DNA of 64,000 nt from Epiperipatus broadwayi (taxonomy: Eukaryota; Animalia; Onychophora): positions 21,018,001-21,082,000 of the forward strand of contig JAQFVV010000003.1 in assembly GCA_028023455.1 (NCBI GenBank), written 5' to 3'. Shown piece by piece: positions 38,575 to 51,200 of the stretch. Positions within the stretch are counted from its first letter, which is position 1. Each line of letters begins with the position of its first letter. The notes under the pieces are model-generated. The model was not told where the DNA came from, searched no databases, and saw only the letters and a list, made by a program, of their open reading frames with translations. The position numbers were made by a program, and so were the translations under genes.

Positions 38575-41500
38575 ATCTAGATAGTTATACAAGTATCTAT
38601 TGTGAATAAATAAATATCCAAATAGTTTATTGGTTTGGAGTTTATAAAAAGTCTCAGCTCCATAAGTGATAGAAGTAAAGCCACACTCCATGAACCTTGA
38701 GCAATTACTACACTAAACCATACAGAATATTATCTTCTATAATGATACTGAAAATGGAATAATCAGCATATTTTTAAATTTTTCATATTTAAACTTGTGC
38801 CTTGTGGAAGTGTTTTATTTGTGAAGTTTAGTCCATAGCATTTACTGTTCATGAAGAAGCAAAACTTTTTATCATAAAAATTTATAATTAATCAATTGTA
38901 ATTATGCCAAATTATATTGAAGACCCTTTGTATATATTATTAATATTTTGAAGATGTATCCTTTATACATGTAAATAATACACTGGTTTTTAAATAAATT
39001 TTTTTAATCAAATTTTGAGGAAATTTTTTTTAGTATTTAATTGAAATTCAAAGCTTAATATAAAATTTTAAAAGGGTAAGTAACAAATGTAATGAAACTA
39101 TTTTGGCAAGCATATTTGATTAAGAATATATATAAAGCTATTAACAACTGAAGCTTAAATAAATAAGTGAAAAGACAAACTATTAACATCTGGAAATTAA
39201 TCAGATTATAAAGTAGTTAATTTATACATTATGCCTTAACATTTATGAAAAGACTGCTCAATAAGCTGTTTAAAGCTTTATTTTAGTTTATGATGTGTTT
39301 GTAAAATGTTGTAGAAAAATTTTGAGATAATATTTCTGCTGTAAAGATGAAAGCCTAAAGCTAATACCAGAAATTGTGACATTATCTTTTGCATATTCAT
39401 GTAATAAATCAGATATATGTAATTATTTTCTTATACATTTATAAGATTCGAGTTCTTTACCTTAAAGTATACTGAATTTCTAAAAAAATAAGATGCTATG
39501 TAATTTGACAGTTTATCTCTTTTCCATATATATATAAATATGCTACAAGTTTTTATAAATTATTTATTATCAGGCAAGGAATATCAAGAATCAGATACTT
39601 TATTTATTTCAATTTCCTGTTATTGCGAATAGGACATATGGAAAGAGTGTGTCTTTGTGATATGTTTTAAAAAAGAAACAATATCATTTTATTTGAAAAT
39701 AGACATGGATATATAACTTCAACTAATATATATATACCTATTGTCTGACCAACATTTAATGGTTAGATAGTATGAGTATAGATTATCTACTTAAAAATAT
39801 TTTGAGCTTAATTGGAAATTTTTTAACTAGTTAAGAAACGTTTAACTTCAGAATTGAACCTGAGAATTTTTGAACATGTATTAACTGCTGTATGTCAAGA
39901 ACTTTTATTTTAAAAAGAACTTCAAATCTGATTAAACTGGTGAGCATGGAATATCCTGGCTGCCTATTATGCTTGGTACTCTCATTAATTAATTGCAATA
40001 TTGATTTTTTGTCAGACTTTTTTTGTACAAATGGCATTAAAAAAATTTGCAAAGAAATGAAATATCAAAAAATGTTAGAAATTGCATATACAAATATTGA
40101 TTCTTATGTACATAAAATTATCAATGTATTATATTTATTCATATGTTATCCTATGTTTAAATCTTCTCTTTCCTGTGAAACGTTTAAGCATCTGTGCAAT
40201 AAATGACTAAAAACTCATCAATAAGATTTAATTATTATTGATAATAATATTGTCTTTACTACTTGGTTTCTTAAATAAATTAATTAAAAATATTATGACA
40301 AGCTATTTTTGTTACTGTGTGGACAGTTAGTTGTTATGGAATTCAATTTATATTAAATTACATCAAGCTCTATATCAGATTAAAACATAAATTCATCATT
40401 ACCTCTTAAATCTATCACTAGTGAATACTCAAACTACGCTAATAAAAAGTACAGAAAGACAACATTTTTTCTAATAATATTGACTTATGTAATAACAGCT
40501 TAACAAACTCAGTATTTTTAAATGCTTTTATTGAGTTGAAAAATTGGTTTGTTTATTTTATTTTGTAAATTCTTGATCTTTTTAAATTACAATAAAATTT
40601 TTAAATTGAGGTTTAATAGATTTAAATTCAATACAATTGCTAAAAATTTGATATATAATTAATTAATACCAGGCTAATCCATGTGAGATGTTAATCTTTT
40701 AGATAGGTCACCTAGTTTCTTGGATATAAAACAGAGGGCAAGAATATATTAAATATTTTTATATTTCAAATTTAAAAATTTTTCTCACAACTTTATTTGT
40801 TTTAAGTAAAACTCATGAGAGTGTGGTATAAAAATTTTCTTTCTTTCAATTTAATAACATTTTAAAATCAAAATTTAATAGTTAAATTAAATATCATTTG
40901 TTGAAATTTTGTACACTTTTTTAAATCTTTATAAAAATGATAGCACATATTAATATCTTCAATAGGTGAATTAGTTTTTTAGATATGGAAGAGTGGGAGT
41001 AAAGCTTCAATGTTTTAAGTAATACTCATAATTTTCTTGCTTGCAATTATAATCTTTATTTAAGTACTAAGAAAGTTTTGTTTATAAATATAGTTTTGTT
41101 AAGTTTTTTTTGCAAAAAAAAAAAAATTAAATAAAAAGAAAAAATGCTAAACAATTTTAAACAGAAAAGTTACTTACTGATTTATTATGCATATATAATT
41201 ATATACACATACTAAATATGATATATATGTATAAAGAGTATACATATTAACTTACTGCAGAAAATATCTAGTGATATATATATATATATTATATGTGTAA
41301 TATTGATTTAAAGTAAAATTATTTGTATTAAGAAAAGTTGATTAACAATATAGTTTTGCTGAGGTTTTATGTTTTTAAATAAAAATTTCCAATCAAAAGC
41401 AAAAAAAGTCAAACACTTTTTATTTAAAAGAATATTTTATATTTTTAATCATTTACATACAGATATATTATTATTCACACATAATAATTGTGATATTTAC

Positions 41501-41690
41501 ATAAAGAAATACATATTAACTTACTGGAGAAATACTTTGTGATATATATATACACATTATAAGTGAATTTGATTTAATATAAAATTATCTTTATTAAGGA
41601 AAGTTTATTTTTATGTACACATACTAAATATGATATATACATACAAGGTGTGCATTTTAACTTATAGCAGAAATATCTAGTGGTATACAT

Positions 41691-44600
41691 TGTACTGGAT
41701 CCAAACCAGTAATAAGAACATCACTCACTTGAGAGTACCACTATGCTACTTAATGAACCTAGAAATTTTATTTCAGGTGACCTAATATTAATTAACAAAA
41801 ATAAATTACCTGCTCCTAACACTAGCTCAGCTTAAAGTATTAGACTCCAAATTATTAAACAATTGATAGATAGACAGAGTAGACAAACATCAGCCAAATT
41901 AATATAATAAATATAATAATAGTAAAGCTTATTCCAATTAAATAAAATAAAGAAATCATAAGATTAATTAATATTGCATCTATGAATGTCTTAAGAGAAT
42001 ACTTTATTATTGACAGCTCTGACAGTTAAATTACTTCCCAATTCAATAATTTCAATAAGATTTAAATAATCTCTTTAAAAGATTTTATAAAATATGATGG
42101 ATTCTATATGTGGAAGACATTAATAAGAAAGAAAGAAAGAAAGAATTCAATTTATCTCCTTGAATACTTATGCCTATATGCACCCAATAAAAATGTGTGT
42201 GTGTGTGTTTATATTAAACTAAGAAGAACTATTCAACATAAGACAGGCATGAGAAGCTAATGCTAAGCTTACCCTGCAAAAAAAGCTATACAATGATTCA
42301 ACAATTGGTAGCTTTGTTTAAAAGAATGAACTTGATTGAAATTTTGTAGCCAGAGAGTCTGAAGAATTCACCAATATATAGTGAAACAAACAAAAGGGCA
42401 TGCTGACTATATAAAAGTCAGGCCACATCAAAGTAATTAGACTGTGATGAAGGCAGTAGAATTGTTTGAGTAATGTGAAAAAATATAGTAATAATATCAA
42501 CTTAATAGAGACTTAGCTACTGCAGTCAAATAAAAAAAGTCCCATAAAATAAAATTGGCCTACATATGGCTTTGTTTTAGGTACACACACAAGTAAATGA
42601 AGACTTTTTATATAATAGCATATTCTGTGTAAGCATTAAAGTGTTTAGTAAGTAAATTTAAAATCAAATCATACATATATAAAATAAATTGATTAATGCT
42701 AATTGAAATCAAAAGTTTATTCTAAATATTATTACAATCTTTTCTAAAAGATTTTATTGATTGATAAAACTTCTGTTTGGTTTTCTTAAAAGAGAGACAA
42801 AAAACTCATATGTTAAATATTCTAAAAGAGAGGGATTGAATTATTCTACAATAATAATTAAACTTTATTTTAAAAACTGTTAAAATTTTCAATGCAGTAA
42901 AGGAGAATTTCTTTTGAAGTTATGTTTTTTAAACATAATACATTCTAAATTAAGATGTATCCTATAAGAAACAGTAAAATAATCATACATGACTTATGTA
43001 TATAATATCAATTAATAGATGCATAAAATAATAAAAGAAAAAACATTTAAATTAAATATTATGGTTAATAAAACAGTAATGTGCATATAGAAAAGGAAAA
43101 CACATAACAACACATGGCTTATTTTAAGATATATAAAAATTTATATTACCATCAAGTCCTTCAAGGTTGATGTTTTAGCTTTCTGTAATTTATTGGTAGT
43201 AGCTATTTTTGTTCATTTTCCAATTGTGGTTGTCTGGGCAGTTAGTTGATAGTCTTTTGTAGGTTGGCTTTAAGAGGTCGGCTTACTAAAAATTAATGAT
43301 TTCATGACATGTTGGAGGATGAAGGTTTGACTTAGAAAATGGACATCATCTCAGTGAGATGCCTAGACCAGAATATTTTAAAGAACACTATAAAGAAAAT
43401 TTCATTGGTTCATCTTCTCAAAGCTGTCAGCCACTTGTTCCAAACTTTTGCTGATAGAGCTTATAAGAAGTATAGCTTGTAGAACAGAATGAAATGTCCT
43501 AGCAAGACAGCAAAAGGAATGCTTCTCATGAATAAATCTTGAATAAACTGAATATACTGGATTAATGAATGGATTCTGAATAGTTTCTGCCTAGGTTAAA
43601 TGCTTTCTCAACAAAACTATAGATTTGTGGGAGCTTTTATATCCATTCTTTTATTGTTCTACCAAACAATTTTTTAAAAATTTTCAAAATTATCATTTCA
43701 AAACAGTCAGGTTTTTATTTAATTATTAAACCAAGTTTTCAATTAATGAAACAGAGCATTTTATATTAATTAATTTTATTACATGTCTTATCTGAACAAT
43801 CTTAACTTTTCAATTTTATTATCACAACAGATTAAAATTTTATTTTGAGATTAAGCATTGTTCTACAAAGTTTTAAAATAATCTTATATAACAGGTTTAT
43901 TTAAAACATATACTTTTTTTTCAATTTTTTATTTAAAAAAATTGACATTACTTTTAGTAAATAACCAAAATTATCCTAGCAATTTATGTGTGTGCATGTA
44001 TACATGTAACCACACTTTTAAATCACGTTTAATTAAAAAAATTTAATTAGCAAAATTTTTTAATTAACTGAAACTCTTAATGGTTCTTGTGTATAATTCA
44101 ACTGATGACATATTACCCTGAAGGCACATCGGTCTAAAGTTGTGATTTTTAAGATAACATCTCCAAGTGATCTGCAGACACATTTAGTCGCTAAAATGTG
44201 TCCGCAGATCACGTGAACACGGCATGTTAAAAAACGCAACATTAGACCGATATGCCTTCAGGGTAATACATCATCGGTTGATCATGTGGTAAAAAACAAA
44301 AAAACATGGCAAAAATATAAAAATTTTAAAAAAAATTAAACATAAAAAAAAGAAAAAAAATGTGACGCAGGTCACGTGATAAAAAAAAAAAAAGGCAAAA
44401 ATCTGATACAGGTCAGGCAAATAGTAAAAAAAAAAATGTACATGCATGTGTCAAAATAATTTAGAAAAAACTATATTCTAATTTATAAAACCACCCTATA
44501 TTATGCTCAATTATAAAAAACAGCGCGTAGCGCTGGAGTTGATGGGGGGGGGCCTTTGTGTTTTTGACAAGCCGTTAGGCTTGGCGTACACCTATACCTT

Positions 44601-45484
44601 GTATTACTCTCATAGCTGTAAAATAATTTTCTGTATGATATAATTCAGAAATTAAAAATTGCCGATGAATTTACGAAAAATAATTTTCTGTATGATACAA
44701 TTCAGAAATTAAAAACTAAATTAAAATGTAATTTAATTGTAGAAATATTAACAAAAAAATTTTGTAAATTTTAAATAAACAGCTAAATTAAAAAGACGCA
44801 ATTTAATGCAAATCTGGTATTAATGGCGTCATTTAATGCAAATCTGGTATTAATGGCGTCGCACCCTATAAATTTTATAATTGCCGATGAATTTTCGAAA
44901 AATAATTTGAGAATTGTAGAAATATTAACAAAAAGTTTTTATAATTGACGAATTTATGAAAAATAATTTGAGAATTGTAGAAATATTAACAAAAAGATTT
45001 TGTAAATTTAAAATAAACAGATAAATAAAAAACAGTTTACCGGAATAAATTACGAAAAATAATTTTCTGTATGATACAATTCAGAAATTAAAAATGAAAT
45101 TAAAACATAATTCAATTGTAGAAATATTAACAAAAAATATTTGTAAATTCAAAATAAACAGATAAATAAAACATTTTACCCAAATTAACAGCTCAAAAAA
45201 GTAACTGTGATGCCGTGGATAGCAAAATCACAATAGACAGAAAAATCAAAAAATTTCCCAAACCTCTCTATGAATTTTAAATCTCGCGGATGAAAAAAAA
45301 AATTGACTCTGATGGATTAATCACGCCAGTCACTTGGTTACCATGATGATGTTGTCATGCAAAAAATGTCAATGTCTACCGGAAGGGAAATCGGTAAGTC
45401 AAAAACGTCATCGGTTGAATTATACACAAGTACCCTCTTAATTTTCTACATATAAATGTGAGGCATAGCAAAGTATCTGTCTCA
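41691..45484 (-). repeat. 3' LTR (about 2433 bp after removing the Merlin-like insertion)
   Basis: Colinear with 47070-49975 along its whole length by eye. Confidence 0.75.
44082..45434. mobile_element. Non-autonomous Merlin-like DNA transposon (1353 bp)
   Basis: 28-bp TIRs GGT(T/A)CTTGTGTATAATTCAAC(T/C)GATGAC, 8-bp TSD CTCTTAAT (44074-44081 and 45435-45442), absent from the sister LTR. GG termini with an 8-bp TSD fit Merlin/IS1016; no transposase seen. Confidence 0.72.
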
Positions 45485-45749
45485 ACTGCCCCTTATGCCA
45501 TTGAAAAAAAAATAAATGAAATTTTTATTTCTTTTTTTTCTAAATTCATTTTACATTTTAAACATTTACAAATTTAAATACACACAAATGTTATATTTGC
45601 TGACTGTTTGCACTGTCATCTGTCTATTGCATTTTAGTACTCTCAACTAACTTTTTTATTTCTAATTTGTTTATTATAAGATCAGTCTTTTTGCTAGTTA
45701 ACCTCTATCTGAACGATCTTTTTTCTTGTTAACTATTTCTGTTGATGCT

Positions 45750-46560
45750 TAATCACCTTCTTGCTTATATATTTCCAGTTTAACCAGTGTCTGACCATTC
45801 ACTAATATATCAGACATATTTGAAAAGGTCTTGATTATTTCCAGAAAAACTAAATATTTCAGTTGGATCAAATTGGACTTTAAAGCCTGTATTTGTGGCA
45901 TTATGATTACATTCTCTAACATCAACTTACTATTCCACAATTTTGCATTCTTCATTATTGTTGCTGTCACATTGTGGGAAGTTATTGGCAAACTTCCTTA
46001 ACTTGTTTATCCCACCAATGTTGCACTACTTTTACAGTTTCCTGAAAATTATTAACTTTTATATCTGGATATTTAATAATCTATATATGAGCAATCATAT
46101 TAAATATTTTGTGGAAATAACTGACAAAATCTGTATCCATCAATTTTTTGTATGTTTGAAATTTTCTGTCCACATGCAGAACTTATCTATTCATTTTATA
46201 GTTAGTCCAAATTTTTCTTTCATAATTCTGATACAAATATTCCTTATTTGATTCTTATATTATTTCTGTCCTAAAAACTTATTTTATCTGCTCTTTTCTT
46301 ATACTTTCTGATCTTAACTTCTCTTTAATTTCACTGGCATCTTTTTTCACTATCTTTACTTCTTGTTCTACTTCCTCAATCTCTTTACTTAAATTTTTCA
46401 GAACAATTTCTATTGCCTTCTGATTTGTACCTATTCTATCTTTTATCTCTTGCTTCATTTCTTTCTTTAGCTGCTGTTGCATTTCTTTTATCTTTTTTAT
46501 CATTTCACTTGTAAATGCTGTCATCTCTTGTTTATACTACCCTACCATTTTCTGCATTTG
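45750..46560 (-). pseudogene. Decayed gag-like ORF of the LTR element
   Basis: Coiled-coil MTAFTSEMIKKIKEMQQQLKKEMKQEIK... (46279-46524) and NNFQETVKVVQHWWDKQV, resembling the gag F...F...WW...Q segment. Frameshifted. Confidence 0.45.
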
Positions 46561-47033
46561 TTGTTTAATTCTTTTGTTTCTAACATTATTGCCTGCTGAC
46601 ATTGTCTTATTTTCAATATCACACTCATCATCATTGGCACTTTTGTAGGCTATACTACTTTTTCAACTATTTCATAATTTTTAAATTAAATAGGGTTTTC
46701 TTCTGCCAGTGCTACTCCCCCTCCAATTATTGAATCATTACTTTGTTTATTACCTTCTATATTTATAACTACTAAACTATTCTTGCACTTTTCTTTATAT
46801 TTTTTCAGTTTCAGTATTCTGTTTTATACACTAAATTCCATTATATCTACTTACTTTTTATTTATATCAATTTGTTAATTGACAAATTCCCACTCTGAAC
46901 TACCCACTATTTCCAACCATATCTTACTAGCCATGACTGACCTCTTATTTTTTTTAAAAACCTAATTTTTCAACTTACTCTTCGTGTTTTCAATCAATTG
47001 TTTAAGCAGAATTTCCAATAGGGTTAAACTTGA

Positions 47034-47051
47034 GCCCCATATTAGTTGCCA
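47034..47051 (-). promoter_or_regulatory. Primer-binding site, tRNA-Lys(CUU)-like
   Basis: TGGCAACTAATATGGGGC vs TGGCGCCCAACGTGGGGC: 13/18, differences largely CpG-decay type; 18 nt from the LTR edge. Confidence 0.55.
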
Positions 47052-47069
47052 TTTTCATAAAATACTTTA

Positions 47070-49975
47070 TTTACTGGATCCACATCAACATTAAGAACAT
47101 TGGTCACTTGAGGATGCCACTAGGCTACTTAATAAACATAAAATTTATTGAAGGTGACCAAATATTAACTAATGATGATGAGCATCCTGACATAAACTAA
47201 ATTACCTGCCCCTGATATTAGCTCAGCTTTTAGTATGAGACTCTGAATTATTAAACAAGTGATAAACAGACAGAGTAAACAAATGCTACAAATGCTACCT
47301 ACATTTTTTTAATATATAATAATAATAAGAAGAAGAAGGAGGAGGAGGAGGAGAAGAAGAAGAAGAAGAAGAAGAAGAAGAAGAAGAAGAAGAAGAAGAA
47401 GAAGAAGAAGAAGAAGAAGAAGAAGAAGAAGAAGAAGAAGAAGAAGAAGAAGAAGAAGAAGAAGAAGAAGAAGAAGAAGAAGAAGAAGAAGAAGAAGAAG
47501 AAGAAGAAGAAGAAGAAGAAGAAGAAGAAGAAGAAGAAGAAGAAGAAGAAGAAGAAGAAGAAGAAGAAGAAGAAGAAGAAGAAGAAGAAGAAGAAGAAGA
47601 AGAAGAAGAAGAAGAAGAAGAAGAAGAAGAAGAAGAAGAAGAAGAAGAAGAAGAAGAAGAAGAAGAAGAAGAAGAAGAAGAAGAAGAAGAAGAAGAAGAA
47701 GAAGAAGAAGAAGAAGAAGAAGAAGAAGAAGAAGAAGAAGAAGAAGAAGAAGAAGAAGAAGAAGAAGAAGAAGAAGAAGAAGGAGGAGGAGGAGGAGGAG
47801 GAGGCAGTGGCTTATTTCAATTAAATGAAAATTAAAAAATCATAATTTTAATTAATATTGCATCTATAAATATCTTAAAAAGAATAGTTTATTATTGACA
47901 GCCTAGATTCTAGACAGTTAAATTACTTCCAATTCAATTACTTCAATAAGATTCCTTTAACAATCGGATGGGTACTATATGTGGATGACTTTTAATAAAA
48001 AATTATTCAATTTATCTTCTTGAACACTTACACTAAATGCACCCAACAAAGATGTGTGTGTTGCAATATAATACCATCTAATGATTATATTAAACTAAGA
48101 ATGGCTATTTAACATAAGAAAGGCATGAGAAGCTAATGTTATGCTTATCATTCAAAAAACAAGCTAGTTGATGATCCAATGTTTAAAAGAATGTGACCTT
48201 CACTAAACATCATGACTAGAGGTTCTGAAGCATTTGCCAATATATAGTGGAACTAACAAACAAAAATGTGTGCTATCTATACCAAAATCAGATCATATGA
48301 GGATAAACAGACTGTGATGAAGGCAGTAGACAGTCTGTATATCCAAAAGAAATATACTAATAATATTGACTGAGTAGAAACTTAACTACCCCAGTAAGGA
48401 AAAATCCTATATAATAACATTGCCCTATGTATGTCTTTGTTTTAGGTACACACACGTGTAGATGAATACTTTTTATAGTATTTAGTAAATCTAAAATCAA
48501 ATCACGCACATATAAAATAAATTAATTAATGCTAATTAAAAACAAAAGTTTATTCTAACCATTATTACAATCTTTTACTAACTGATTAAACTTCTGACTG
48601 GTTTTCTTAAAAGAGAGAAAAAACTTATGTTTTAAATATTCTAAGAGAAAGGGACCAAACTTTTCTACAATAATAATTATACTTAATTAAAAAAACTGTC
48701 AAAACTCTCAATGCAGAAAAAGAAATTTTTTTGGAATTATATTTTTTAAACATAATATACTCTAAATTAAGATATACCCTATAAGAAATATTAAAAAAAT
48801 CATATGTGACTTACATATATGATATCAATTAATAGATGCATAAAATAAAAATAGAAAAAAACATTAAAATCTAATATTATAATTAATAAAACAGTAATCT
48901 TCATATACAAAAGGATAATACTCTAACAATCTCAGACTTATTTTAAGGTATATAAAAGTTTATATTAGTGCTAAATCCTTCAAAATTGTTGCTTCATCTT
49001 CCTATAATTTATTGGTAATGGCTACCTTTGTCCATTTTCCAGTGGTAGTGGTCTGTGTTGTCAATTGAGTTTTTTGTAGGTTGGCTTTAAAAGGCCAGCC
49101 TACTAAAGATTTATTATTCCATGTCATGTTTGAGGATGAAGATTCAACATAGAAACTCAAGTTTATCTTGGAGAAGTATCTTGCCCAGAATATTTTGAAG
49201 AACACCACTAAGAAAATCTGGTTGGCTCATCCTTTTTTAAATGTTGGCTGCTTGTCTTGAACTACTGTCAGGTATTTATGATTTTTCCGAGAGAGCTGGT
49301 AAGAAGCACAGCTTGTATCTCAGAAGGAAGTCCCAGCAGAGTGTAGAAAAACTTGAATGATCAAGGATTCCTCCTAATGAATGAATCTTGAATAAACTGA
49401 ATAGACTGAATTAATGACTGAATAATTTTAAGAATATCTTCTGCCTAGTTAGAATGCTTTCTGAATAAAACAATAGATTAGGGGAAGCTTTTATACCCAT
49501 TTCTTTTAATGTTTTACCACACTAAATTTTCTAAAACTTTCAAAATTATCATTTCAATATAGTCAGGTTTTTAATCATTTAAATAAAACATTTTTATATT
49601 TTGTATTAATTAATTTTATTACATGTCTTATCTGAACAATCTTAACTTTTCAATTTTGTTATCACAACAGATTAAAATTTTATTTTGAGGTTAAGCATTA
49701 TTCTACAAAGTTTTAAATAATCTTATATAACAGAGATTTATTTAAAATATTTACTTTTTTTTTAAAAAAAAATATAAAAAAAAAATTGACATTACTTTTA
49801 GTAAATAACCGAAATTATCCTAGCAATTAATTTGTGTGTGTGCATATATTTATGTGACTACATTTTTAAAATACACGTTTAATTAAAAAAATTCAATTAG
49901 AAAATTTTTTTTTAATTAACTGAAAACCCTATTCTTATACTTATAGATTTGAGACATAGAAAAATATCTATCTCA
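47070..49975 (-). repeat. 5' LTR (about 2430 bp after removing the GAA/GGA tract)
   Basis: Colinear with 41691-45484. Confidence 0.75.
47353..47781. repeat. Uninterrupted (GAA)143 microsatellite flanked by (GGA)n
   Basis: 429 nt of pure GAA counted from the sequence. Confidence 0.95.
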
Positions 49976-50749
49976 ATATATATGTCTACTATAAGGGTCC
50001 AGTCAATTTAACTATTTTAGCATCACTGCTGCTGCTTCATTTGAAATTAAAATTTGTTTGTCTTTTTTTTTTAAATTGTGGAAAAACCAAATAAACTACA
50101 TATATACCAATACCATCATTCTCTGTGACTTGAGTTCCTTTTTCAAATGTTATATGACATGTTAAAACTGAACAAAATTTCAATTTTTTATTTATAATTT
50201 TATTAATAAGTTCTTTTTTTTTTCTATTCAGGTTATTAGATTGCATGAAGAAATCATAGGCATAATTTTTTTATTGGCCAGAGTGCTTAATAAAATGGAT
50301 TCAACATGCTTCGATGATTTTTCAATTTCAAGGCTTTCATCCAAAAAATAAACATAATATACATAAGAATTCAATTGTAGATTTTTTTATTATTTGAATT
50401 TCATTATTTTAATTTTTTTATTTACTAAATGTATAATTTATTAATATGCTTGTGTTTGTACTAGTGTGTCCGTGTAGTATATAAATTGTCTTTGTATTCA
50501 AATATAACAAAAGTAGTGATTTATGTACAATGTAATTTTGGAACTCTGATCCAAGTTTGAAACAATCTTATTTTATAGACTTAATGATTCTTAAAAGGTT
50601 TAATAATTTATTAGTGTGTTTATATTTATATTAGTATGTTTGTGTTTGTACTTGCATGTCTGTGTTTTTATAACAAGTAATGATTTTTATATATAAAATT
50701 AGGTTATTATTGAGCAGTGCAATGCAAATTTTAAGGCTGATTATTAGAT

Positions 50750-51200
50750 GCACAGAAAGCTTACAGTTCATGAAGCAATCACAAAATTTACTGACCATAG
50801 TACCATGTGACCATATAAACTCTTAAAACCAATAAAGATAGGTTTCAAATGTGCATGTGGTGATAGCCACAGTGGTTATATCTATCACATAAAATTGTAT
50901 GCAGGCAAAGAATCAAATCCTGATTCTTGCTTATGCCTTGGTACTCCTGCTATAGAGTCAGTAGTTTTGCACATCCTGCATCACATTATTTTCAAGTCTA
51001 TAGATAGCAAATGGGATATTTTCAAATAAATTATATCTTTGTGGGACAATAAATATAACAAGATAGCATCATTAGTGTGCACAAAAAATATAAAATGAAG
51101 AGAGGAGACTCATTTTTATTATTGATGCAGACAGTAGTCTTCAATTTCTAGTTTTGCATAGACAAGAAGTCAATTGCTGTTATTACAAATGCATATCCAC
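50750..51200 (+). mobile_element. piggyBac (PGBD-type) transposase remnant
   Basis: LTVHEAITKF..ST..PY..LKPIKIGFKC..DSHSGYIY..KLYAGK, KMKRGD and DKKSIAVITNAY match the piggyBac DDD-domain motif order. Confidence 0.7.

Larger units (their letters stand above)
41691..49975 (-). mobile_element. Non-autonomous Gypsy-like LTR retrotransposon (long LTRs, gag only)
   Basis: Direct repeats 41691-45484 and 47070-49975 with TG..CA ends (one TT), flanks ACAT/ATAT, PPT-like AAGGGGCAGT next to 45484, tRNA-Lys-like PBS, coiled-coil/gag-like interior. Confidence 0.75.

Noticed and set aside
41150-41690. Degenerate direct repeats of about 80 bp left of the LTR
   Set aside because: Low-complexity AT-rich local duplications with no functional signature.
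44101-44150. CTGATGA and CTGAAGG in the Merlin-like TIR region as a hammerhead
   Set aside because: No stem II, GAAA or stem I; it is part of the DNA-transposon TIR.
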